Shown: one piece after another, positions 9,951 through 19,326 of the stretch | How positions within the stretch are numbered: the first letter of the stretch is position 1 | Layout: the number at the start of each line of letters is the position of its first letter | NCBI GenBank assembly: GCA_030524425.1 | Contig: JAUNGN010000011.1 | Coordinates: 1,321 to 65,320 of the forward strand | Length of the DNA: 64,000 nucleotides | Direction: 5' to 3' | Source: Clostridia bacterium | GTDB lineage: Bacteria > Bacillota > Clostridia > Lachnospirales > CAG-274 | The notes under the pieces: model-generated | Database searches by the model: none | Seen by the model: the letters and a program-made list of their open reading frames with translations, nothing else | Told to the model about the DNA's origin: nothing | Translations under genes and position numbers: made by a program

Positions 9951-11735
9951 ATGAAGAAAATTTTTTTTATTTTGTTAATAATGATAATTGCAATTACAGG
10001 TAACATTAATATTGCATATAGTAAAGGACTTGATGAAAAAGCGAATTATAAAATTATCAGGCAAAAAATAACCGAACTTGATTATGCACCAATACGTCAA
10101 GGGTTATCAGGTTATAAATATTATGATGTAAGTTTTGATTATAATGGGAATCCAATGATGTGGTGTATTAATAGTGATAATTCTTACAGTGTTTGTGTTA
10201 GCATAATTGATAGAACAAAAACAATTAAAATATATGAATTAAACTCTGATGGGGTTATTAAAGTTGTGAATACTTTTACAAATGAATTTAATAGATTTGG
10301 TGGATTTACAAAAGATAGAGACGGTAATTATTATTTGCTGTTTGGTGGCGATGAAAAATTAGGATATATATTAATCAAATATGATTCAAATGCCAATGAA
10401 TTAAAAAGACTTGAAATTTCCAAAAAGGATTGTGATACCTTAGTACCATTTGAAAGTGGAACATGTACATTAATTGAAAATAGTGGTGTGATAGCTGTAC
10501 ATGATGGGCGATTAATAGATTCAGCGAAGTTATTATTGGAAGAAGAAGGGTCAGATGAACCATTTGTATCAAATATGAGACATCAGGGTTCTTGTTTGTT
10601 TATGGTAGATACTACTGATATGAAACTGATTAAGGTTGAAACATTTGTTGCTAGTCATTCTTTTGAGCAGGATATTTTATATGATAATGGGAATTTTGTG
10701 TTTGTTGACAGAGGAGATGCCCAACCTAGGGGTTATTTAATAAGTAAATATTCTATAACTGGTGATTTTATTAATTCATGTATACCATTTAATTTTAAGG
10801 GAGGTGTGAATTATAATAAATTTCAACAGGGCTTTAGTGATGGCAATACTTATAGTCAGTATGGTGGAATAATTGAAATAAAAGACAAATATGTACTTAT
10901 GGGTACATATGAAAATACGGTATTGGATTTAGATGATACACCGCGTAATCTCTTTATACAATATATTGATAAGAATACATTAGAGTATGATGAACCGATT
11001 TATCTTACAGATTATAAATTAAATAGCGATGGTAAAAGTACTGAAATAGGAAACCCTAAAATCATTAAATGTGGTGATGATCAGTTTGCTATATTTTATG
11101 ATGAATATAGTGTTGAAGGTGATATGGGAAGAACTTATCATAAGTTTTTAGGTATAAAATTAATTTTAATTGATGGAAATGGAAATGTTATTGCGAGTAA
11201 GGATGTAAAAAATGATATTAATATGCAGTTGCCCTATATAAATAAAGTTATATATAACGAAGCTATCAATTCATTTGATTGGTTTGGGGTTGAAGGAGTT
11301 GACTTAATTAAGTATTCAATAATAACTAATGATAATAACTTTGGTAAAGATAGTATTAATAAACAATTTGAAAATCAATTGAATTATGATAAAATAAAGG
11401 TGATTTTAAATGGTGAAAATCTAAATTTTATTCAAGAACCTATTATTAAATATGCCAGAGTTCTCGTTCCAATGAGAACCATATTTGAGCGTATGGGTGC
11501 AACTGTGGAGTGGAATTCTGCAACAAGTACAATTTTTGCAGAAAAGGACTCTACAGTTATTTCAGTTAAATTGTGGAGTAATAAGGCTTTAGTTAATGGA
11601 AAAACTATTGAGCTTCCTGCGCCTGTTATAATGGAGAATGGCACTGCAATGGTTCCATTAAGATTTATTTCAGAAAGCTTTGGTGCAGATGTTGATTGGG
11701 ATAATGAAAATAGAACTGTCACTATTAATACATGA
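9951..11735 (+). CDS. Secreted hypothetical protein with a C-terminal copper-amine-oxidase-N-terminal-like (stalk) domain
   Basis: Signal peptide MKKIFFILLIMIIAITGNINIAYS and AGGAGG RBS. The C-terminus (VLVPMRTIFERMGATVEW...AMVPLRFISESFGADVDWD) is typical of the CuAO-N-like domain common in clostridial surface proteins. Composition is markedly AT-rich, with AAA/CAA/TTA codon preference. Confidence 0.7.
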   Translation: MKKIFFILLIMIIAITGNINIAYSKGLDEKANYKIIRQKITELDYAPIRQGLSGYKYYDVSFDYNGNPMMWCINSDNSYSVCVSIIDRTKTIKIYELNSDGVIKVVNTFTNEFNRFGGFTKDRDGNYYLLFGGDEKLGYILIKYDSNANELKRLEISKKDCDTLVPFESGTCTLIENSGVIAVHDGRLIDSAKLLLEEEGSDEPFVSNMRHQGSCLFMVDTTDMKLIKVETFVASHSFEQDILYDNGNFVFVDRGDAQPRGYLISKYSITGDFINSCIPFNFKGGVNYNKFQQGFSDGNTYSQYGGIIEIKDKYVLMGTYENTVLDLDDTPRNLFIQYIDKNTLEYDEPIYLTDYKLNSDGKSTEIGNPKIIKCGDDQFAIFYDEYSVEGDMGRTYHKFLGIKLILIDGNGNVIASKDVKNDINMQLPYINKVIYNEAINSFDWFGVEGVDLIKYSIITNDNNFGKDSINKQFENQLNYDKIKVILNGENLNFIQEPIIKYARVLVPMRTIFERMGATVEWNSATSTIFAEKDSTVISVKLWSNKALVNGKTIELPAPVIMENGTAMVPLRFISESFGADVDWDNENRTVTINT

Positions 11736-12059
11736 TAGTGTAAAGTAATTTATGAAATTTACACTATCAGAAAATAAAGCAAAAAGAACCTTAAAAATTT
11801 CAGTATATTTGTTATTTTTTGTGGCATCAAGAGTATGCCACAATGGACAGCTTGTAGAAGCCTCTGACTCCAAATATAAGAACAGTCAGGTTGGTTGCTT
11901 TGATGCGAATTAAACTACACCAAGTTGTCTGCTTAAATGATGCCTCATAGAATTTCAAACATATACTATTTAACAGATTCGTGGCAGAAATTTTTTTTGT
12001 CAAAAAAATATTTGGTGTGATGTTTCAGAACCACACCAAATATTTTACAACCGCATAAA

Positions 12060-12488
12060 TTAATCATTTTTTTTACAATTTTCGCATACACCATAGAAAC
12101 TGATGTCATATGCATCAACAGCAAAACCTGAGCAATCCTGAATCCTATTAATATTTTTTTCAATATTAATATCCTCAAGATAATCGAAAACCTTATGACA
12201 CTTTGTGCATATCAGATGTGAATGAATATCCGTTCTTGCATCGTATCTGTTACTGTCTTCGCTGACATTAAATTCCCTAATCAGGTGAACATCTCTTAAT
12301 GATGCTACTGTTTTATAAACTGTAGCTAAACTCATTGAAGGAAAGTCATCCTTAAGGTGGTTATAAATGATTTCCACAGTGGGATGACTTGTTGTGTTAA
12401 CAAGATAGGTGTATATAGCCAAACGCTGTGGGGTTACCTTAAGTTTGTTTGCTTTTAAATTTTCCGCAAGCTGATTCATAGTATCCAC
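12060..12488 (-). CDS. Fur-family metalloregulator (Fur/PerR/Zur type; subtype not resolved)
   Basis: KVTPQRLAIYTYL winged helix. HSHLICTKC...CENC supplies two CxxC pairs for structural Zn. 142 aa. Confidence 0.88.
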   Translation of the reverse strand: MDTMNQLAENLKANKLKVTPQRLAIYTYLVNTTSHPTVEIIYNHLKDDFPSMSLATVYKTVASLRDVHLIREFNVSEDSNRYDARTDIHSHLICTKCHKVFDYLEDINIEKNINRIQDCSGFAVDAYDISFYGVCENCKKND

Positions 12489-12494
12489 TCTCCT

Positions 12495-12542
12495 TGATAA
12501 TTATTGTTATTTAATAATAATATAAAAATCTTGGTTTGTCAA
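12495..12542 (-). promoter_or_regulatory. Promoter of the fur-family gene with an overlapping Fur-type 7-1-7 box (autoregulation candidate)
   Basis: Minus strand reads TTGACA (12542-12537), a 17-nt spacer, then TATTAT (12519-12514). TGATAATTATTGTTA at 12495-12509 matches 12 of 14 specified positions of TGATAATnATTATCA and covers the predicted transcription start and 5' UTR. Confidence 0.6.
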
Positions 12543-12746
12543 GTTTTTAAAAGTCCTGCATATATGGAAAGATTTAACAAAAAAAACAGAATGTATTTAA
12601 GACATAAGCCTTAATAAATTCTGTTTTTTAATTATGTGCCATGCTGTTAAAAATATATATTAAATAATAAAAAATATTTAAATTTATTGTAAATTATATG
12701 TTTTTGTGGTAATATATAATAGAATAATAATGGGAAGTGATATATA

Positions 12747-13250
12747 ATGAATATAATTTTACATCAGCCTGAAATACCTATGAATACAGGCAATATTGGC
12801 CGCACCTGTGTTGCAACGGGCACTGGGCTTCATCTCATAAGACCATTGGGTTTCAGAATAAATGACAAAACATTAAAAAGAGCAGGAATGGATTATTGGG
12901 CTGATTTGGATGTAACATATTATGATAATTTTGAGGACTTTTTAGAAAAGAATAAAGAAGCTAAGATTTATATGGCAACTACTAAAGCACAGCATTGCTA
13001 TACAGATGTTAAATATGGCGAAAATGATTTTATTATGTTTGGCAGTGAGGGAAGCGGAATACCGGAGGAAATTTTACTTAGGTATAAAGAAACCTGTGTC
13101 AGAATTCCTATGCTTGAGCAGTACAGAAGTCTGAATCTTTCTAATTCTGTGGCTGTTGTCCTTTATGAGGCATTAAGACAAAATGGTTTTAAGGGCTGCA
13201 GTCTGGAAGGACATTTACATAGACATAGCTGGGATGAGGTCATTGAATAG
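12747..13250 (+). CDS. trmL: tRNA (cytidine/uridine-34 2'-O)-methyltransferase TrmL (SpoU family)
   Basis: Begins MNIILHQPEIPMNTGNIGRTC and contains LHLIRPLGF...SLNLSNSVAVVLYEALRQ. About 160 aa, the single-domain SpoU architecture. Confidence 0.9.
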   Translation: MNIILHQPEIPMNTGNIGRTCVATGTGLHLIRPLGFRINDKTLKRAGMDYWADLDVTYYDNFEDFLEKNKEAKIYMATTKAQHCYTDVKYGENDFIMFGSEGSGIPEEILLRYKETCVRIPMLEQYRSLNLSNSVAVVLYEALRQNGFKGCSLEGHLHRHSWDEVIE

Positions 13251-13261
13251 GAGGAAAAAAT

Positions 13262-13678
13262 ATGGAAGAAACTATAATTGTAATAATGCTTAAGGATAAG
13301 AATACAGGCTTTTTGGAAAAGGAAATTGCAAGTCTTGATATAACCGAAAATGTTGAATATATTGTCAATATTTTTGCTGTTGATGAGGAAGAAGGAAGAA
13401 AACTTCATATTAAGCTTTCAACAGAGAGAAATGTTGAAGACTGGGAGTATTCTGCAATTTATGATTATTATGATACCGAATGTTTTGCCGGCAGGGCAGA
13501 GGTAATTGATGCAGATGATGATTATAACCCTGTTTGGGAGGTTGTAATTGATTATAAAGAAGATATTGCTGTGTTAGAGGATAATGTGGCAGAGCTTTTG
13601 GCAATTCACAGAAAAGAAATTGAAGATGTATTTGAAACTATAAAGGATAAGGAGAGTGAGTATACAGATGGAGAATAA
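13262..13678 (+). CDS. Hypothetical acidic cytoplasmic protein
   Basis: 138-aa ORF with RBS AGGAGGAAAAAAT and tight spacing after trmL. Very Asp/Glu-rich. I recognise no motif. Confidence 0.6.
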   Translation: MEETIIVIMLKDKNTGFLEKEIASLDITENVEYIVNIFAVDEEEGRKLHIKLSTERNVEDWEYSAIYDYYDTECFAGRAEVIDADDDYNPVWEVVIDYKEDIAVLEDNVAELLAIHRKEIEDVFETIKDKESEYTDGE

Positions 13679-14774
13679 TTTGAGTCCTGAAAGCAGTATT
13701 GGTAAAAATAAAAAGAAAAACAGGAATATACTTATTGCTATTTTAGTTATTATTGCTGTTGTTGTTTGCGGGAGTATTGGTTATTATGTTTATAGAAAGA
13801 GCAATATTACTGAAATAACCGTTGGACTTTCAAATATTGAGTTAAATGATGAACTTAAGGCTAATATGAAGGATTTAGCCGGACAGGCTCAAGCTTATTT
13901 TAATGAAAATAAGGATGAAATGATTCTTACAAGCCAGTATGGTCTTTTATACAGCTATAAGAATAAGACAAACGTATTAATGACTGATTTGGCTAAGGAC
14001 AGTGGTATAGATAAGAATATTTTGAAAGAAATGGATATTCTCTATATTAAACCTGAGGATGTTAATTATAGTAAAGGTGCTGAACTTGAAATATTTGTAT
14101 CTGTTAATTCAAGCAGCGGATATTATGTGGTTTCTTCTGCAGGTGATGAGATTATCTTTACTGAGGAGGAGTTTAAAAATCTTCTTATGAAGTATGCACC
14201 TGCTCATGGAGATATTACAAATCCTTTGAGAGGTTCCGAGGAACATACGGCAATTATTACTGCAGCAGGTCTTGCAGGTGAGGGAATTGATATTAAGCAT
14301 ATTGCCTGTGATACAAAGTATGCAGTAGTTGTTGCAAATGAAGTTAAAAATCCTTCAAATATCAGGGAAGTTGCCTTAACAAACGATGAAGGCTGGAAGG
14401 TTGTTAATAGTGAGCTTGCTGTGTCAAAAAGCTCTTATATTGATATTAATTCTGTTTGTCCTGATATGGATTTAGGCTTAATGCCGATTTATAATATTGC
14501 TGATTTTGGGGCTATTAATACAAGTGACATGGATAGTATAGCAGATTCCCTTATTGAGCTTAATATGATGACAGAGGATGACAAAAAGACAATGTATGCT
14601 GCAGGCTGCGGCCGTTTTGCCTATATTCAGCTATATAACGGTAAAAGACTTATAGGATATATAAATGATGACAGGAAACTTGAATTTAATGAAGCAGAGG
14701 ATATTAATTCTACAATAGCTTATATGCTTCAATGTCAGGAAAATCCCCCTGTGTTTATAGCCAAATTTGAGTGA
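13668..14774 (+). CDS. Hypothetical N-terminally membrane-anchored protein
   Basis: The ORF track starts at GTG 13656, but ATG 13668 follows GGAGAG. One TM helix (ILIAILVIIAVVVCGSIGYYVY) is followed by a ~320-aa extracytoplasmic region with no motif I recognise. It overlaps the preceding ORF. Confidence 0.65.
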   Translation: MENNLSPESSIGKNKKKNRNILIAILVIIAVVVCGSIGYYVYRKSNITEITVGLSNIELNDELKANMKDLAGQAQAYFNENKDEMILTSQYGLLYSYKNKTNVLMTDLAKDSGIDKNILKEMDILYIKPEDVNYSKGAELEIFVSVNSSSGYYVVSSAGDEIIFTEEEFKNLLMKYAPAHGDITNPLRGSEEHTAIITAAGLAGEGIDIKHIACDTKYAVVVANEVKNPSNIREVALTNDEGWKVVNSELAVSKSSYIDINSVCPDMDLGLMPIYNIADFGAINTSDMDSIADSLIELNMMTEDDKKTMYAAGCGRFAYIQLYNGKRLIGYINDDRKLEFNEAEDINSTIAYMLQCQENPPVFIAKFE

Positions 14775-14823
14775 TGAGAAAAGAACTGACAGTCAATTTA
14801 AATAATTATATATATTATAAAAG

Positions 14824-14851
14824 AAGCTCCGTATATAGTGTTACGGAGCTT
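14824..14851. terminator. Bidirectional hairpin between convergent genes
   Basis: 10-bp inverted repeat AAGCTCCGTA / TACGGAGCTT with A/T-rich flanks on both sides. Confidence 0.6.
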
Positions 14852-14856
14852 TAAAT

Positions 14857-15633
14857 TTAAATTTCTTTATGGTATAAATTAGAATGTAAAATTTTAAGAG
14901 CAAGAGCTAATTCTCCTGCTTCAATCTGCCCCGGAGCAGATGCTTTTCTTGCACAGCCAAAAGTTATGGCAGAGCCGAAAATCTCTCCGGCAATTCTGCT
15001 GATTACTCCCTTGCCATCCATAGACATAGTTACAATAGGGTAGTCGGAATACTTAGTTGAAACGGTGTCAGTCATATCAAGTAATGTAAGTACATCCTTA
15101 TTATTATTTGGCATAACTGCTATTTTAGGTATATCTGCACCTAATGAAATCATTTTGTCCACTCGCTCAAGTAAAGTTTTCTTATCAGGCGTCTTTTCAA
15201 AGTCGTGGTTAGATATAACGACAACTACATTGTTTTTATGTGCAAGTTCAATAAGATCTTTAACATCTTCATTACCAATCATCATCTCTATATCTATCAT
15301 ATCAATAAGACCGCTTTCAATAGCTGTTTTATTAATTCTGAGATATTCAGCTCTTTCAACTTTCTGTATGCCACCCTCAATAACAGTACGGAACGTGAAA
15401 AGAAGCGGGGTTTTGTAAATAAGTTTTCTGATAAGGCTGAGCATTTCAATAAGATTCTCTTTGTTTATACAATCATCATACCAGTCTGCTCTGAATTCTA
15501 CAATATCAGGTTTCAGCGAAGCTATTGTCATAGCCTGTGATGTTATTTCATATTGAGTATGACCTACAATAGGAAGACAAATTTTGGGGATACCTTCTCC
15601 AATCTTAATATTTCTGACTTCAATTGGATTCAT
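14857..15633 (-). CDS. aroD: Type I 3-dehydroquinate dehydratase
   Basis: Begins MNPIEVRNIKIGEGIPKICLPIVG, and contains VEFRADWY and PKIAVMP (catalytic Lys region). I chose start ATG 15633 after AGGAGG; the ORF track starts at 15687. A TTGACT-17-TATACT promoter lies at 15706-15678. Confidence 0.9.
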   Translation of the reverse strand: MNPIEVRNIKIGEGIPKICLPIVGHTQYEITSQAMTIASLKPDIVEFRADWYDDCINKENLIEMLSLIRKLIYKTPLLFTFRTVIEGGIQKVERAEYLRINKTAIESGLIDMIDIEMMIGNEDVKDLIELAHKNNVVVVISNHDFEKTPDKKTLLERVDKMISLGADIPKIAVMPNNNKDVLTLLDMTDTVSTKYSDYPIVTMSMDGKGVISRIAGEIFGSAITFGCARKASAPGQIEAGELALALKILHSNLYHKEI

Positions 15634-15835
15634 TGTTACGCCTCCTGTGTATTTTAAGCTCATTTGCTTATAAATATAGTATAACAACTAAAAGGAAATA
15701 AGTCAATAATTAATGTTAATGGTAATATAAGTTTTAATAAATTTCCGTTTCAGGTATTGTAAAAAGGATATTTTCATGAGTGCAGAAATTGTCTCCACAT
15801 GCAGAAATCATTACAAATTGAATTTTTTTCTATAA

Positions 15836-15869
15836 AAAAGATGGTGTTGTCAAATACAGCACCATCTTT
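15836..15869 (-). terminator. Rho-independent terminator after the beta-propeller gene
   Basis: Minus strand reads AAGATGGTG-loop-CACCATCTT followed by a T-run. Confidence 0.7.
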
Positions 15870-15876
15870 AACAGCT

Positions 15877-18069
15877 TTATTCAAAGGTATATTCCTTTAT
15901 GTTTTCCAAATCGTCATAATCAGCAATTACAGCTGTATTTGACATAAAGTTATAAATTTTACCATTATATTTAAATGGTCTTATAACAGCATCATTATTA
16001 GGCAGGGTAAGGCTGCCGACTCTTTCAAAGCCATCATCCAAATCTATCTTATATACATAACCGCCATTAAAGGTTACATTTTGCTTTTTATCATTTTCAT
16101 ATATTGTAACAGGAAGTGTAAATATATTCTTTTCCTTGTCAAAATAGAATGATAAGGTATCCTTAAACATACTTGTTTCAATATTGCCTCTGCCCAGTTC
16201 CTCGCTGTAAGGCATTACAGGAGTGTCCTTATCTGAAATGTCATATAAGTTAATACACAGCTTATTGCTGCCGTTATCGACAGTTAGAATATGATTTTCG
16301 TCATAGGTATAAATAAGCAGATTGCCGTTTGAAATTCTTATAACACCATTACCTCTTGGATTGGTAGGTTCTGTCAGGTCAACCGAATAAATTGACTGAC
16401 TGTTTTGTGCCGGTGTAATAAAAAGCATATTCTTAGAGAAGATAGCAGTGTCAATTTCAGCCCCTGAAACAATCTCATTGGCAAAACCACAAATTTCAAG
16501 GTTGTTATTAAGAATATAGACATTAGTTATCAGTTTATTTGCACCTTTCTTCTTATATTGAGAAGCAAGTCTGAAATATCCTGAATATTCATTCATTGAA
16601 TTTTTGTCAGGTACATATCCCTTTACATTTCCCTTGCCTGATGTATAAATTTTACCATTCAAAAGACCTAATCTGTAAATAAAAGTATTTTCAATATTCT
16701 CATTTGAGTCAAAGGCATTATATCTGTCCTTGGCAATGTATATATTATTGTTTGACATATATATATTTTCGCCTGCACACAGATAAGTTTTTAACTCTGA
16801 AGGTGCGGTAACATCATTAATATTAATGGAAGATACTATAGTGTAATCCTTACCGTTGCCTTCGGGAAAGTATTGCATCTGTTCATATGAAAGAAGCTGT
16901 ACATCTTGTCCCATAATGGAATCTCTGTATGACGGAGGATAATAATGACCGTTTTTTGAAAGCTCTGTAATAGGGGTTTTTGTCAGGATATAAATAAATT
17001 CGTTATTTTGAACAGAATTTTCATAATATCCTTCAATTTCGAGCTCCTTAAGCTTTACAGCCTTAGTTTTGTCTGTAATATCATATACATAGGCTATTGA
17101 GCTGTGAGTAAATATAATTTCATTTTCAATATTTTCGGCAGAAGGTGTATTTTCTTTATTTCCAACTACAACTAATGTATTGTTTTGAACATAAACCTTT
17201 TCACCTTTAAAATTATTTTCAAGCTTTATAGTTGAAATAATTTCAGGTTTATCCATTGACGGATTCAAAATATATAAATTATCACCGCTTGCATAGTATA
17301 TATAACCTTCAGATGTTTTAATTGTGTTGCTGTCCTTATTTTCGAGCAGCTGGACAGGTGTGATTTCTTTATTGCCGGTATCGTCATTATTGCTGTTTAT
17401 CTGGTTTAAAATATTACCGGGTGTTCCTACTTTTGAAATCTCCTTCATATTTTCCTCATTTGCAACATAAGGAAGGTCATTTACCTGTGACTTAAGGCTG
17501 TTGATAAAGTCTGTACTTTCGGTGTCGGTAAAGGCATTTTTCATATCGGATATTATTACTAAATTGTCATAATAGTATATGTGTTTGTCAAAAGCTTCCG
17601 CAAAAATTTCAACAGGTACGTAAATACCGCCGTTTCTAATAAATACCTTATTATTATATTCTATATCCTTTTCCTTTGAGCTGTCTACCAGGTCAGCTGT
17701 TTTCCTGTCAAGAACCAGTGCCTGGTTATCAAGCCTTATTGTAGCTGTGCAGGATGATAAATCCTCTGAAGCCGCAGCATTATAGGCAGACTGAAAAAAG
17801 ATTACCGGAACATATACGGTCTGATTTTCAATAATGGGAACCATTGCCGCATCGCCCTTGTCAATAAGCATTTGTGCCTTGTTAACCATCATAACAGGAC
17901 TGTTTTCATATATTACAACGGCAGAATCAAGTCTGTCTTCTATAGCAACCTCCTCTGAATTAGACGGGGCTGAAATAATTGCATTGCTTTGTAAAAGCTG
18001 AAAGCCAAGTACACCACATAATATTATGGCATATACTGAAAGTATACCAAGCACCATTTTATTATTCAT
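15877..18069 (-). CDS. Secreted/anchored protein: CuAO-N-like domain plus a large C-terminal beta-propeller-type domain
   Basis: 730 aa with an N-terminal TM/signal (LGILSVYAIILCGVLGF). A CuAO-N-like segment follows (AAMVPIIENQTVYVPVIFF...GIYVPVEIFAEAF). The rest is long and beta-rich with repeated Y/N/G-rich blades. The family assignment rests on my recollection of similar clostridial and archaeal proteins. Confidence 0.6.
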   Translation of the reverse strand: MNNKMVLGILSVYAIILCGVLGFQLLQSNAIISAPSNSEEVAIEDRLDSAVVIYENSPVMMVNKAQMLIDKGDAAMVPIIENQTVYVPVIFFQSAYNAAASEDLSSCTATIRLDNQALVLDRKTADLVDSSKEKDIEYNNKVFIRNGGIYVPVEIFAEAFDKHIYYYDNLVIISDMKNAFTDTESTDFINSLKSQVNDLPYVANEENMKEISKVGTPGNILNQINSNNDDTGNKEITPVQLLENKDSNTIKTSEGYIYYASGDNLYILNPSMDKPEIISTIKLENNFKGEKVYVQNNTLVVVGNKENTPSAENIENEIIFTHSSIAYVYDITDKTKAVKLKELEIEGYYENSVQNNEFIYILTKTPITELSKNGHYYPPSYRDSIMGQDVQLLSYEQMQYFPEGNGKDYTIVSSININDVTAPSELKTYLCAGENIYMSNNNIYIAKDRYNAFDSNENIENTFIYRLGLLNGKIYTSGKGNVKGYVPDKNSMNEYSGYFRLASQYKKKGANKLITNVYILNNNLEICGFANEIVSGAEIDTAIFSKNMLFITPAQNSQSIYSVDLTEPTNPRGNGVIRISNGNLLIYTYDENHILTVDNGSNKLCINLYDISDKDTPVMPYSEELGRGNIETSMFKDTLSFYFDKEKNIFTLPVTIYENDKKQNVTFNGGYVYKIDLDDGFERVGSLTLPNNDAVIRPFKYNGKIYNFMSNTAVIADYDDLENIKEYTFE

Positions 18070-18087
18070 AGCTTCACCTCATCGAAG

Positions 18088-19305
18088 TTAGTAGATATAT
18101 CCTGTAGGATTAGTATGCTGACCGTTAATTCTTACTTCAAAGTGTAAGTGTACACCTGTAGAATAACCCGTTGTACCTGCACCGGAAATAACCTGACCTC
18201 TGGATACCTGTTGTCCCACAGAGGCATATAATACATTATTATGTGCATAAAGGGTAGAATATCCGCCGCCATGGTCAATAATTATACATTTTCCATATCC
18301 GCCTCTCCAGCCTGCATAAATAACAGTACCGCTCTCAGCCGCAACAATATCCGTGTTAAGAGTTGCTTTTAAGTCAAGTCCGGTATGGAACTCCTGTTTG
18401 CCGCTTATAGGGCTTCCCCTGTATCCATACCCTGAGTTTGGAGAATATCCCTGATAAGCGGGTACGGGATATTGGAAATGCTTTCCGTCTGAGTTATATA
18501 CCTTGCCTGCATTGGCACTGTTTGATATTGTTGTAGACTGCTGTGCGGCCTTTGCGGCTTTCTGAGCTTCTTCAGCAGCTTTCTGAGCCTTTTGTATAAG
18601 TTCCTGAACAGTCTTATCCTGCTGTTCAAGGTCAGCAATTTGTGCTTCATATGTAGCTGCATTAGAATCAAGCTGTTTTACTACTGCGGTTTTTTGTATA
18701 ATTTTAGCATCCAATTCCTGCTGTTTTGTAACCTGCTGAGACTTTAAGTCTTCAATGGTTTTCTTATCTGCAGCTATTGCTGCAACATTTTCATTTATAA
18801 TTCTTTCAGCTTCTGCGTATTGGGCTAAAAGCTCCTTGTCATGTGACATAAAGCGATTGGCATATTCAATTCTTGTAAGGAAGTCCGAAAAGCTGTCAGC
18901 ACCTAAAATAACTTCAAGATAGCCTGAATCGCCATATTCATACATTACCCTTATTCTTTTTTTAAGAGTATCATACTGGTCTTCCTTTACCTTTTTTGCT
19001 TCCTCAAGTTCCTTTTGCTTTTTTTGAAGTCTTGAGGTAGTTTCACTAAGCTTGGAATTAAGCTGATTCAGCTCAGCCTGTACGGAAGCCAGTTCTTTGT
19101 CCAGCTTGTTGACTTCTGACTGGGCAGCCTGTTTTTGGCTGTTAGTTTCATTAAGCTTTTGCTGAGTTTGTGAAATCTGTGTTTTAAAGGCAGAGCTTTT
19201 GTTTTTTAATGATGAAACTGTTTCTGCCTTTGCACTTACAGCTGAAAGAGATAGTAACAGGGACATTGTAAGTCCTATAAACCTTTTATTCATAACATTT
19301 CTCAC
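18088..19305 (-). CDS. Coiled-coil M23 (LytM) peptidoglycan hydrolase, EnvC/PcsB-like FtsEX partner
   Basis: Signal peptide, then ~230 aa of heptad-rich coiled coil. The C-terminal M23 domain carries HTGLD...YAHN...VHLHFEV metal ligands. It lies directly downstream of ftsX. Confidence 0.88.
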   Translation of the reverse strand: MRNVMNKRFIGLTMSLLLSLSAVSAKAETVSSLKNKSSAFKTQISQTQQKLNETNSQKQAAQSEVNKLDKELASVQAELNQLNSKLSETTSRLQKKQKELEEAKKVKEDQYDTLKKRIRVMYEYGDSGYLEVILGADSFSDFLTRIEYANRFMSHDKELLAQYAEAERIINENVAAIAADKKTIEDLKSQQVTKQQELDAKIIQKTAVVKQLDSNAATYEAQIADLEQQDKTVQELIQKAQKAAEEAQKAAKAAQQSTTISNSANAGKVYNSDGKHFQYPVPAYQGYSPNSGYGYRGSPISGKQEFHTGLDLKATLNTDIVAAESGTVIYAGWRGGYGKCIIIDHGGGYSTLYAHNNVLYASVGQQVSRGQVISGAGTTGYSTGVHLHFEVRINGQHTNPTGYIY

Positions 19306-19326
19306 TTCTTCTGTTAAAATTTTAAT

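Noticed and set aside
8241-12059. An intact ICE or transposon inserted at the rumA-type gene.
   Set aside because: No integrase, recombinase, relaxase, conjugation gene or terminal repeat is visible, and the rlmD-family ORF is complete. Only a possible remnant is reported.
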